The notes beneath the pieces were generated by a model. It did not search any database. It saw nothing but the letters and a program-made list of their open reading frames with translations, and was not told where the DNA came from. Position numbers and translations under genes: made by a program. Below are positions 11,201 through 23,200 of a stretch of DNA of 60,000 nucleotides, one piece after another. The stretch is from Felis catus (taxonomy: Eukaryota). How positions within the stretch are numbered: position 1 is the first letter of the stretch; every line of letters starts with the position of its first letter. The DNA is taken from contig NC_058368.1 of the NCBI RefSeq assembly GCF_018350175.1, positions 87,918,001 through 87,978,000 of the forward strand, given 5' to 3'.

Positions 11201-14200
11201 CATGTGTTTCCCGGCTCCCTTCCCCAGTCAGCCTCTCAGTATCGCTGCGTTGAGTGCCAAGCTTCGATCTAGTTCCTAGCTCCTCTGCGGCATGTTCCCT
11301 CCAGAGAACTCATGAAGTCTGTAATCCTCAGTTGTAGTGTAGGATGCCCCCCATTTCTCCCTGAGATGTAACCCCCTGAGGGCAGAAAGAACCTTATTCT
11401 CTGCAGTTTATTTGGGATAAGTCTCACACAAGCAGATGCTAGAGACTCATGCTGCAGGATGCAGGAGACAGAGGCAGAGAGGCAGAAGGACCCTATGGCA
11501 ACCAGGGCAGAACAACAGGACAGCTTTTTGAAACATGGAGACACTGCTCCACATGACCACACAAAATCCTTACCCCTGACAGTCAGTGTGGCCGACGTCC
11601 TCTCCTGCCCACACACACATGAGTATTCCCCAGAGTCCACCACAGCCAGGTCACAGATCTCCAGCTCACACATGGTCCCATCCTGTCTCAGGCTGACTCT
11701 GCCCCCAGCTCTGAGGGTCTCAGACCCTTTCCTCCACTCCACAGGGGCCTCCTTGCTCAGCTCACAGTGCAGAGTGGCTGTGGCCCCTTCCATGGCATCC
11801 TTGCTTCTCAGTCTCCCTATGAACTCAGCAGGCAGGGCTGGGAAGTCAGACATAGAAGATCAGATTCTCTGGAGATTTTGGGGGGTGGTGGTACATGATG
11901 GGACAGATGACAAGACAGACTTCTACAGAACAACAGGACCAGCAGTGACCAAGGAGTGGTAAGTGGCTGGGATACTGGCTTCTCACAGTTCACACAACAG
12001 CCCAGGAAGGGGAGAGATTCCACAGAGTAACGGGTGGAGGGTGACACCAGAGAATGTGGGAGAGAAAGAACATGAACATGGAATGAGAGCAGATGGACAT
12101 CACAAAGTCAACTGGACACCAAATCACGACTGCTTGGCCACACGTGGTCTTTACCCCTGACGGTCATCATGGCTGAAGTCCTCTCCTGCCCACACACACA
12201 CGAGTACTCCCCAGCATCTGCCACGGCCAGGCCACGGATCTCCAGCTCACACATGGTCCCGTCCTGCCTCAGGCTGACTCTGTCCCCGGCTCTGAGGGTC
12301 TCAGACCCCTTCCTCCACTCCACGGGAGCCTCCTTGCTCAGCTCACAGCGCAGCGTGGCTGTGGCCCCTTCTGAGGCCTCCTTGCTTCTCAGTCTCCCTA
12401 TGAACTCAGCAGGCAGGGCTACAACAGGGCCCAACAGGAAATGTCACCTTTGACCTCCCACAGGAATGAAAGGAGCATGTGGGCAAGGCAGGCACGCATG
12501 CTTACCCTTCACTGTGAGCATGGCCAAGGTCATCTGGTCCCCAAAGTGGCAGGAGTACTGCCCGGTGTCCTGGGGCCGCAGGTCCCGGACCACCAGCTCC
12601 AGCACTGCGCCCTCCTGACGCAGGCTGTACTTGCCTCCGGGCCGCAGAACCTCATCTCCACGGCGCCACTCCACAGGCGCGGCCATGGATGACAGCACAC
12701 AGCGCAGTGTGGCAGCTCCACCCTCCGGCACCTCCAGGTCCTTCAGCCCCTCACGGAACCGCACCGGCCGTGCTGCAAGCAGGCACAGGCTTGGCTTGAC
12801 CCCTCCATCCTGCACCCCAGCTGAGGGCCCCTGGGGTTGGGGACAGCTGAGGACACAGCAGCCAGAGGGCTCAGGCAGGCCCACCTCACCCTTCCTTCAC
12901 TGGGGGTTATGGGCAGCGAACTCCAAAACTCTGTCCTCTGGGGGGGGGGCAAACAGTTGGGAAGAGAACTGTGTCCCCCACCCTAATTCATATGCTGGAG
13001 CCCCAACCCCCAGAACCTCAGGATGTGACTGTGTTTGGAGATGGAGTCTTTACAGAGGTGATTTCGGTAACCTGAGGTCATTGGGATGGGCCGAATCCCA
13101 CGTATCTGAGCGATCACATAGGAGCTGAGGACACAGACGGAGAACAAAGCCAGAACATAGGCAGGGGGCGGTGTGTGCAAACCAAGGAGAGAGGCCTCAG
13201 TGGGGAAACAGCCCCACCCACACCTGGATCTCAGACTTCCCCCTCCAGGACTGGGACACAGTAAATGTCCATGTTTTAACTGGTCTTTGGATCCATGGTA
13301 TTTGTCATGTGGTCTATGCTGAGACACTTGGAGATGAACCAAGCCAGGAGGAGGGGACACAGAGATGTCAAAAAACAAGACATAGGAATGAAGCAAGTCA
13401 GACGCTGCTGGTCAGGAGACACAGGTGGAAGATGGTCAACTCTACCAAAGCAGCAGACACCTGGACATGCACCTGGACATGCCACAGGCTCCCCCACACA
13501 GAGAGTAGGACATGAGCCCAGGAACTCACCATGGACCCTGACAATGGAGCTGCTCCAGGAGCCCCCGGCCTCACACTTGTAGCGCCCACCGTCCTGCACA
13601 GTGGTACCCTTGATGACCAGCTGGGCCTGGTGGCCCTCCTGGCTCAGCTGGCACCGGGCTGATGGCCGCAGGGTCTTTCCATCCTTGGTCCAGCACACGG
13701 GGCTGTCCGGGGCGGTAGTCTCACAGACCAAGGTCAGATCCTCCCCCTCTGTGACCGTGGCATCCGTGAGCTCCCGGGAGAAGACACTTGGCTTTTCTGG
13801 AGGTGCAGAGGAAAGCTCAGGAGGTGTGGACCCCTGCCCCATGAGGCTGGGGTCACAAACAGGCTGCCGGGGATACAGAGCAGGCCTGGCATGGCCCAGC
13901 CCACACTTTGGAGACTGAGGGATCAGCTCTGCATACCACATGCCGCAATCACCTTCAAAGAGCCCCACCTCCCCGGGATCTGTGGGCCGGGCACCTTGTC
14001 TGTGAGCCCCAGGACCATGCTCTGCACATGGCCAAGATCTACCTTCTACAAGGCTGCACCCTCAGCCTTATGGACCAGGCCCCATGCCAGCACTGGGCAC
14101 ACAGCCCACCTGTGACCCGAAGGGCAGCTGAGGTCCGTTGGTCCCCTGCCTCAAAGTGGATGGTGCCTGAGTCCTTGAGCGCCAGCTGCCGCAGGGTCAG

Positions 14201-17200
14201 CACGTGGTAACCACCTGGCTGAACCTCAATCTCATTGAGCTCATTCGGGTGCAGGGGCGTCTTGTCCAGGAACCAGTGGACAGGCTCGTAGTCGGCAGGG
14301 GAGATGCGACAAGAGAAGGTGGCCGAAGAGCCCTCACGCACCTCCATGTCCTCCAGATCCTCTGTGATGAGCACTTTCCGGCCTGCAAGGCACAGACCGG
14401 CAAGTCACGGTCCCTTGCAGCCAGCTGCCAAGGGAAAGGGGCACTCCCCAAGACTGGGGGTGGGCTCACAGCTGGACTGAGTAAGGCTCAGAATGATGAA
14501 ACCCAGAGCACAGCAAATGTATCAGAGCTCAACTGTCCACACGTGCGAGTTTTGGCTCCACTGATGAACCCCAAGCCCACTTCTGGGGTCCTTCTCAGAG
14601 CACATGGGGTGGGTCAGAGCGAGCCCTCCTCTCCCCAAACTCTTCTCCACACCTGCCTACGTCCATCCCCAAGGTCACAGAATGCAATTAAATCATGGAT
14701 TAAAAGAAGAAATAGGAGGGCCCCTGGGTGACTCAGTCAGTTAAGCATCCAACCTTGACTCAGGACATGATCTCACAGCTTCTGGGTTCAAACCCCATGT
14801 CTGTGCTGACAGCTCAGAGCCTGTAGCCTGTTTTGGATTCTGTGTCTCCCTCTCTCTCTGCCCCTACCCCATTCATGCTCGCTCGCTCTCTCTCAAAAAT
14901 GAATAAACATTAAAAAATATTTTTAAAAAAAGAAGTAGGAGTGTGAAAACAGTTGTGGCCATGTGAAAACTTAAATGCTTTGGAAGATTGGCGACGTGAA
15001 AAAACGCACTTCTGCAGCTGACCTAGGTGTGGGGAAGGCTCAGAGAGAAGTCCTAATGATGGAGAGGGACTGTCTCCAGCCTTCTTCTGCACCTGCAGGT
15101 GTCTTACATCTATGGGACCACAAAAGGAACTCGTGGATGGCCCATTGGTGGGTGACGTGTGCAGGGCAGACAAGGAAACTGAGTCACAGACTAGTGCGCA
15201 AAGAAAAGGCTCTGGCCGCACAGCCAGATGGGCAAGTGTGTATTGTCTCTGAAGAGGATGCTGTGTGACAGCGTGTTTCTCACTTTAGCTGATGTATCCT
15301 GGATTAAGCATGAGTACGAGCTTTGTGACCAACCAGGGATTCTACTGTGCTTACAGAGTGGATGTGGTGTGAGCTCACTGGGCTTGCTGGATTTCACAGA
15401 AGAGGACAGGAAAAAAACCACAGCAAGGCTTCTTTGTTGTTCTTTCGTTATTTCCCACGGACAGAGCCCCCGCCCCCGGGAGGGCCCTCCTCCTGACCTC
15501 CCTGAATGCTGGACCCTGGCGTTGGGAGGGGAGTGCACCATCCTGCCTGGACATCAATATGCCCTATGATTCTGGGCCAACCACGGACTGCATCGGGCCC
15601 CCACTTCCCCATCTGGGAGGTGGGAGAATAGCATTCATGCCGCCTGGCAGGTGCAACTGTTACTCCTCACATCTGGAGGCATCCCCAGGCCACACTCCCT
15701 GCAGAGCCCCGGTGTGGGGGCCAGACACATTCCAGCACACAGGCTCCGAGCAAACAACTGCGTGAATTCATGAGGACACGTGCTCATTCACACTGTGTCC
15801 CTTTAGCAGGACCTCAGAGACGAGACCACCCAGGGCCAAGCTCCCAGGGATGGGGAAACTGAGGCTGGTCCCTGACAGCCTCCAAGCCCACTTTGAACAA
15901 AGCTTACTCCCAACCACACCCCCGGCCAGCATGACACCAGGCCCCACCTTGCACCAGGAGCCGGGCCTGGGAACAGGCCTGGCCGATGTCACAGGTGTAG
16001 GTGTCACTGTCCGCCTTCTCCAAGGCGCTGATGGTGAGCCTCAGGGTCAGGCCCTCCTGGCTGGGTGCGTGCTTCCCAGAGGCATGCAGCTCCGTGAGGC
16101 CCTTGCGCCAGATCACCACAGCTGCGGGACGCTCTGTCTTGCACGTGAACACGGCTGTGCCCTTCTCTTCCACATGCAGGTCGGTCAGCTCGTCTGTGAA
16201 CCAGTTGGCCTTTTCTGGGAGGCAGTGGGAAGAAGTGGGGGTTGAGGGCTGTGCAGACCCCATGCCAGCCCCTCCGGACAGGGAACAGCCCCCACCATGG
16301 GCAGGGAGGGATGGACAGAGGCCAGGGGACCCATCCCAGGGTCTCCTGTGGGGTCACCTTCCACACGGAGACTCGCTGTGCTCTTGGAAGCTTCTGTCTC
16401 ACACGTGTATTCTCCTGAATCCTTGAGCGACACCGCACGGACCACCAGAGTGGCCCAAGTGCCTTCCGTGACCAGGTCATACTTCTGACTCTTGCGAATG
16501 GCCTTCCCGTCCTTTAGCCAGCGCACCGGGGTCCCGGCCCGAGACAGCTCACAGCTCATCACCACATCCTCACCCAGAGCAGCCTGCTGGTCTTCTAGAG
16601 GCTTCGTGATACCTGCCGGCCTCTCTGAAGAGAGCAGAGAGCAGAACAGCCCCGTGAGGCATGGCCACACCCCAGCCGTGCTTAGGGTGAGGGCAGGGCA
16701 AGCACTACAGAGGTGGAGACCACAGGACCTTCTGGGGCCTCAGGGTCTGGAGTGCAAGAGGCCCCACAGTCACAAGGCAGGGGCCTGGGAGGGGAGATAT
16801 GAGACCACAGACCCTCACACCTTGGTATCACTCAGAGCCCCAAGACTCAAAAGTGTGGCCACCGCCATTGCCAGCTGTGAATTGAATATCACCCACCTGC
16901 ACCAGTATTTATACCAGGTACACAAGCTTAGGAATGCCAATGGCGATTTCACTAGCTCAGTGAGCAGTGAGCCCTAGGGGCCACCATGCTGTCAGACCCC
17001 CAACCCTGCTCCTGCCCACAGACTGGAGGCTCTCGCCCCACAGAGTGAGCTCTCTGAGATGACCAGACACCCCTTGCACCCCAGCAGGTGCTTCTGGGCC
17101 TCCAACAGGGGAGCTCCCCGGGGACTGGGGGACTGTCCCCAGAAGCACCGTTTCTGGCCCGAGGCCCCACTCCACCCTCACCCCAGTGGAGACAGGCCCC

Positions 17201-20200
17201 CATCCCTGCACACGGTGCCCACCTCTGATGATGAGGGAGGCCTTGGAGGTGAGGTCCCGCACGGAGAACACCACCTCCCCAGCATCTCCAGGAGCCACAT
17301 CTTGAACAACCAGGGTGTATTTGCGGCCCTGGCGTGTGGCCCGGAAGCGGCCAGAGCCACCCACTGTCTTCCCGCCAACTGTCCATATGGCCACATCGCT
17401 GGGGTTCTCATGGGACAGGACACACTCGAAGGTGCAGCTCTGGCCCTCCGGCACCTCCACCGACTTCAGCCTCTTGGTGATGCCCACGTGCAGGTCTGTG
17501 GGCCACGGAAGATGGTGGTCATGCCGGCCAGGCCCTCGGACACCAGCCTCTTAACACTGGCACTGTCAAGCCCGTTGCTGCCCCAGGTCAGACCCCACAA
17601 GGGGCAAGACCTCACTCCCTCCCTCCCCAGTCCCACTCCCCGCTAAGCAAATGTCTCCAGCTGGCCGAACCCTGTTGTATGGATCACAGAGAGCTGTGAG
17701 TGTAAACCAGCGTGGCCACCCTCCTATCTGCTACAGAACACTCACTGTGCAGAGAACATTCACTGTCCATGGTGGTGGCCAGCTCAAAGCTCCAGGAGGT
17801 GAAGGACAGGCCTGAATGAAGGAGCCATCCAGCTCCAGAACAAACTCACCATGCTGCCCTGCCCCATTCCCTGTCTCACCTCAAACCCTGGCCAGCCCAC
17901 CAGGGACACGTCCCAGGGTGACTGCGGAGCAAGCCTGCCATGCACATGCAGGAGAAAGAATCGGACCAGAGGAGTGGGCCAGGACAGCAGTGCACACAGG
18001 AGGCCAGGCCTAGGCTGACAGTGACTTCTGAAGGAACCGTGTGTTCCAAGCCAGGGGGAAGGGGGGGCAATGCTGCCCTGCTGGCTGTGTAACCCATGGT
18101 GCAGCTCAACCTTTCTGAGGCAACTTGATAAACCAGAAATGTGGCCTGCCAACAACCACCTTCACCAGGCTATTCCTGTGGCCTGGAAGTCCTTCCAGAG
18201 CATCCTATGCCTGACATCTGGGCCTCTGCCATTAGCCACCCCCAAAAGGCGACCTTGACTGTGCTCCCTCTGTGGTTCCCACACCTGACCACACACATCC
18301 CCTGATGCAGATTGAATGTCACTAGCCTGCACTGAATCCCTGGCATCTTGGGACTCTATCACTCATGGCCAGCCCAGTGTCCCCGAGAGCTCTTCTTTTC
18401 AACGTCCCCGCCCCACTGTCTGCAACCCAGGCCTCTTAGGGACCATCAAGCCTGGTCTTCCAGGAGCCTGCCCCTGACCTCCTGGGCTCTACAAAGCAGC
18501 TCCTGGCACGGTTGAGCGGGTGGGCACCACAGTGGCAGGCCCCGCCTGCCCCTGGACCCGGACCCGCCTCCTGGACCCAGACCCACCCCGGGCCCGGCCC
18601 CGCCCCTGGCCGCGACCCCCCCTGCCGCCTGGACCCAGACCCACCAGTGGACAGGGCTCTGCCCCTGGACCCAGACCCGCTCCTAGACCCGGACCCGCCC
18701 CTAGAAACAGTTCCGCCCCTGGACTCAGATACATCCCTAGACCTAGCCCTGTCTGCCCCCTGGACCCAGACACGCCCCTGGACGCAGACCCGCCCCCTGG
18801 ACCCGGCTCCGCCCCTGGACCCGGCCCTGTTCCTGCAACCAGCCTGCCCCTGAGATGGCCCCACCCCTAGAGATGGCCTCGCCCATGGACCCAGCTTTCC
18901 TGGAGCCTACTCCATGCCTTGGACCCGGCCCCACCCCATGGACTCTGGCCCTACCTTGGACCCGGACCCGCCCCTAGAGACGGCCTCGCCCCTGGCGACA
19001 ACTCCGCCCCATGAACCCGTATGCGTCCCTGGACCCGGCTCCATTCCTTGAACCCAGACTCTCCCCTGGACCCGGCCCCGCCCCATGGACCCGGCCCTGC
19101 CTCCTGGTGCCTACTCCATCCCTTGGACCCGCCTCCGCCCCATGGACCCGGACTCGCCCTGCACGCGCCCTCACCCCATGGACCGGCCCTGCCTCCTGGA
19201 GCCCGCTCCACCCCTTGGACCTGGCTCCGCCCCAAGGACCTGGCCCCGCCCCTTAGACCCAGCCCCGCCCCTGCACCCGCCCCCGCCCCATGGCCCGGAC
19301 CTGTCTCCTGGACCCGGACCCGCCCTTTGGACCCGGACCCGCCCCATGGACCCAGACCAGCCCCTGAACCCGCTCCCGCCCCGTGGACCCCGCCCTGCCT
19401 CCTGGTGCCCGCTCCATCCCTTGGACCGCCTCCCCACCAAGGACCCGGACCCGCCCCCTGGACCCGGACCCGCCCCCTGGACCCAGCCCCACCCCTGCAC
19501 CCGCCCCGCCCCATGACCCGGCCCTGCCTCCTGGACCCGAACCGCCCCATGGACCCGGACCCGCCCCTTGGACTCGGACCTGCCCCTGCATCCGCCCCCG
19601 CCTCCAGGACCGGGACCCTCCCCTTGGACCCAGTCCGCATAGCCACGCACCGTGCACGCTGACTCTGGAGCTGGTCTCCTCGGAGCCCACACTGCAAGTG
19701 TAGAGGCCGGTGTCTTCCCAGCTCAGGTCGTGCACCACGAGCCCGCGCGTGCCCGCCGTGTGCAGGAAGTCGTACTTGTCACTAGGGACCAGCTCCACCC
19801 CGTCCTTGCGCCACACCACGCGGGCCTGGGGGTCTGAGATCTCGCACTGCAGGGCCAGCGTGCCCCGCTCTTCCGCGGACACATCGTCCAGCGCTTTCAG
19901 GAACACCACCGGCTTTGCTGCGGGGAGGTCGTGGGCAGGTGAGCGAGCTCCACCTTCGGCCTGCAAGGACCCCGGCGCCCCGCGCTGGGAGTACCCCAAG
20001 GACCCACAGCGACGCCTCACCTTTGACCTCCAGGCGGGCAGTGACCGACACCTTGGGGGAGCAGGCGCGCACAAGGCCGGCGTCGGCCCGCCGAACCCGC
20101 TTCAGCACCAGCGTGTGGCGACGGCCTTCGTGGGAGATCTCGTGGAAGCTGTCGTTGTACAGAGGTGTGCCGTTGAGCGACCACTCGACTTCCTCGTCCT

Positions 20201-23200
20201 CATGGGACAGCTCACACGAGAAGCAGGCGCGGCCCTCCTCCGTGGCTTCTGCGTCCTGCATCGGCTGCATCACTGTAACCTCGCGCGCTGCCAGAGCACA
20301 GAGCCATTCAGCACCAACGCAGGAGACCCTTCCCCGGGGGGAGAGGGGGTTCCTTGCCTCCTCTCCCAGACCCTCCCCCCTAGGGACGCTCCTCCCCTTC
20401 CCCGGCGAGGACCCTCCCCCCCAAACCCTACCCCCTGAGGATGCTCCCCCCCCTCCCCCTCCGGAGCCCCCGCCCCATGGCAAAGACCCTCCCCACGGCA
20501 AAGACCCTCCCCACATCCCCGACCCTCCTCCTTGGGGACCCTCCCCCCCAGACCCTCCCCTCCGGGACCCTCTCCCCGCCCCTCCCCCCTCTACCCCGGG
20601 AACACATCCCCCAGGCGGAGACCCTCGCCCTGGCACGGGGCGACCCCATGCGCCCTGGCTACCTTCCACCGTGACCTCAGCGCTGCTCTGGGCACTGCCG
20701 GCCTGGCACCGGTAGACGCCGGCGTCCGCGGGCGTGAGCCGGAGGACGCGCAGCTCTGCCATGTGGCCCTCCAGCCTCATCTTGAACTTGTCGGAGGGCG
20801 CCAGGGGCGTGTCCTCCTTGTACCACTGCACGGCCTTGGGGGCCGGCTTGAAGTCGCAGGACAGGACCACCGACTGCAGCTCGCGCCCCGCCTTGGGCTC
20901 CAGGGGCCGTGTGAGCACCATGGGGATGTCTGCCGCGGGAGGGGAGAGGGCAGCGATGCGTCAGCGGAGGGACCGCGGGGTCCCAGAACCCACCCTGTGC
21001 CAGGTCTGCCACCAGACCTGCCAGGTCTGCGCCCCTTCGCCCCAGCGGCGCGCTCACCAGAGACCACCAGGCGTGCGGTGGAGCGCGACTTGCCGATGGT
21101 GAAGTGCACCGGACCAGTCATGGTGGAGCAGGTTCGTCGCAGCGTCAGCCGGTGCACCGTGCCCTCCTGCTCCATGCCCACGGTGGGCCCGGCCTGGAGC
21201 ACTGTCTTTCCCAGGAGCCACTTGGGCGGCCGTACCGAGGGGATGGAGGTCTCACATTCGAACCAGGCAGGTGCGGGCTCCATCACAGTCACGTCCTGCA
21301 GGCCCCGCACGATGGTGATGGATTGCTCTGTGGGTGAGGGGCTGGTCACTGGGGCAGTCCCACAGGGAGGACCGCCAGCAGCCACAGGCACAGTGGAGAG
21401 GTGCCAGGGTGGCCCCGCCCGCACCTTCCACAAAGAACTGGGCACTGGTCTTCACGTTGCCAGCGTCGCACGTGTAGGTGTCCTCATCATCCGGCTGCAC
21501 GTCGTTGATGATCAGCTTGCGGTAGAGGCCGTCGCTGACCATCTCGTACTTGGGTCCTGACTGCAGCTCCACGCTGCCCTTGAACCACTGCACCTGGGCG
21601 CTGGCCCTGGACATCTGGCACTCCAGCACACCGCGGTGCCTCTCCATGGCTATCTTGTCCCGAAGTGGGCGCAGGATGGTCACCGGCAGCTCTGAGGTGT
21701 GACAGGGGTGAGGGGACAGGATAAGGGATGCTCAGTGCCCCCAAAACCCCACCTGAACCCCCACCCATCCACCCACCCGGGTCTGGGTGCTCTGCCTCTG
21801 CAGCCTCCAGAGGGCTGGAGCCTCTCTGCCAGGGCCAGCAGGTGGCGAGGCCAGGTGTCACCCTCAGCTTCTCTGGGACCCACTGCATAGAGCTGACCAG
21901 GTGAAGGGTGGGCACACCATTCCACCCGCACACACACCACTGCACCGTGCACCCTTGACAAGCTCATCCAGAGCACCCTAGCCTCACCCCTGCCCTGCCT
22001 CTTCATATCCACACCCCTCGCCCTGCACAATCCTGCATCAAGCAATTCCAAATCTCATATACCTTCCCCCCAACTTGTGGCAGACCCTCCCTCCTCTATG
22101 CCCTGACTGTGGCTAGGGCCACCTGTTAAGGCCTCATGCTCACCACATGCCAGGACCCCACAGTGCTTTCTCTCCATTGCTAAGTCCCAGGAGGAAGGAT
22201 TTACTGTGACCTCCTGAGCTGCCTCTCCAAGACCCCTGTCTTCCTGGTGAGGAGGCAATACCTCCTTTTCCTCCTTCTGGGTCATTGGTGTCCTGGGACA
22301 GCTGCCCTGTCAGTCCCTGTAAGGCTGCAAAACTGTGCATTCACATACACTGTCCAGCAAAAACCCTCCCCTGGGCTCCCTCACCTTTGACTCGGAGCTC
22401 AGCTCGAGATTCTGCATTTTCGGCTACAAATCTGATCTCTCCTGCATCTTCTGCCAGGACCCTCCGGTAGATGAGGGTGTATGTCCTCCCTGGAAACACA
22501 GGCCAGTCAGTACTGGGAACAGGCCCTGGGGGCAGGATGGAGGACGAGCCCTCCTGACACCTGCCCAACAGCTCACCTTCCTGGCGGATGCGCACATTGT
22601 CACTGGGCCGAAGCTTACTGCCCTCCCAGAACCACTGGGCTGGCACCTCATCGTGAGAGATCTTGCAAGAGAAGGTGGCGCCCTCCTTTTCCATCACCTC
22701 CACATCCTCCAGGGGCCTCACGATCTGGATGTTACGACCTGGGGTGGCAAGAAGGCCGTGCCATTTGTGGATGCCCAGAGCTCCCCCTTACCCCTCCCAC
22801 CCAGATTGCTGAGGGGTGCAGGGCGGGGCAGAGCCAGAGGGCTAAGCACTTTGCTGGGGGGATGCAGGGTGGCCAGGAGGCTCTGGCCCAGCAGACCCTG
22901 ACCCTTAATCTGCCTACCTTGCACCTTCAGGGAGGCTGAGCTCTGAGCATCACGAGCGTCGCACACGTACACACCCTGGTCACCAAGCTCACAGCGGAAA
23001 ATGATGAGACTCCGACAGGCGCCCTGGGCCACCATGCCCACTGTCTTGCCCACCCTAAGCTCCACGCCGTCCTGAGGAGGAACGAGGTCAGGTCAGGCAC
23101 TGGAGGTGGCCAACAGAGCAGTCCCACCCCTGCCAGCCCACGGTGACAGGCGGGAGCAGCCCAAGCCACCTTCAGCCAGCGCACGTCCACGTTGGGGCGA

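Larger units (their letters stand above)
18500..21330. promoter_or_regulatory. Intragenic CpG-island-like region
   Basis: Visibly high GC and CpG density in both exons and introns; observed/expected ratio not computed. Confidence 0.6.

Noticed and set aside
9939..11279. His/Pro/Thr/Ser-rich ORFs
   Set aside because: They are translations of a low-complexity CACCT repeat that is poor in stop codons; no splice or domain support.
18436..19697. Long Gly/Pro/Arg-rich ORFs on both strands
   Set aside because: Artefact of the GC-rich minisatellite.
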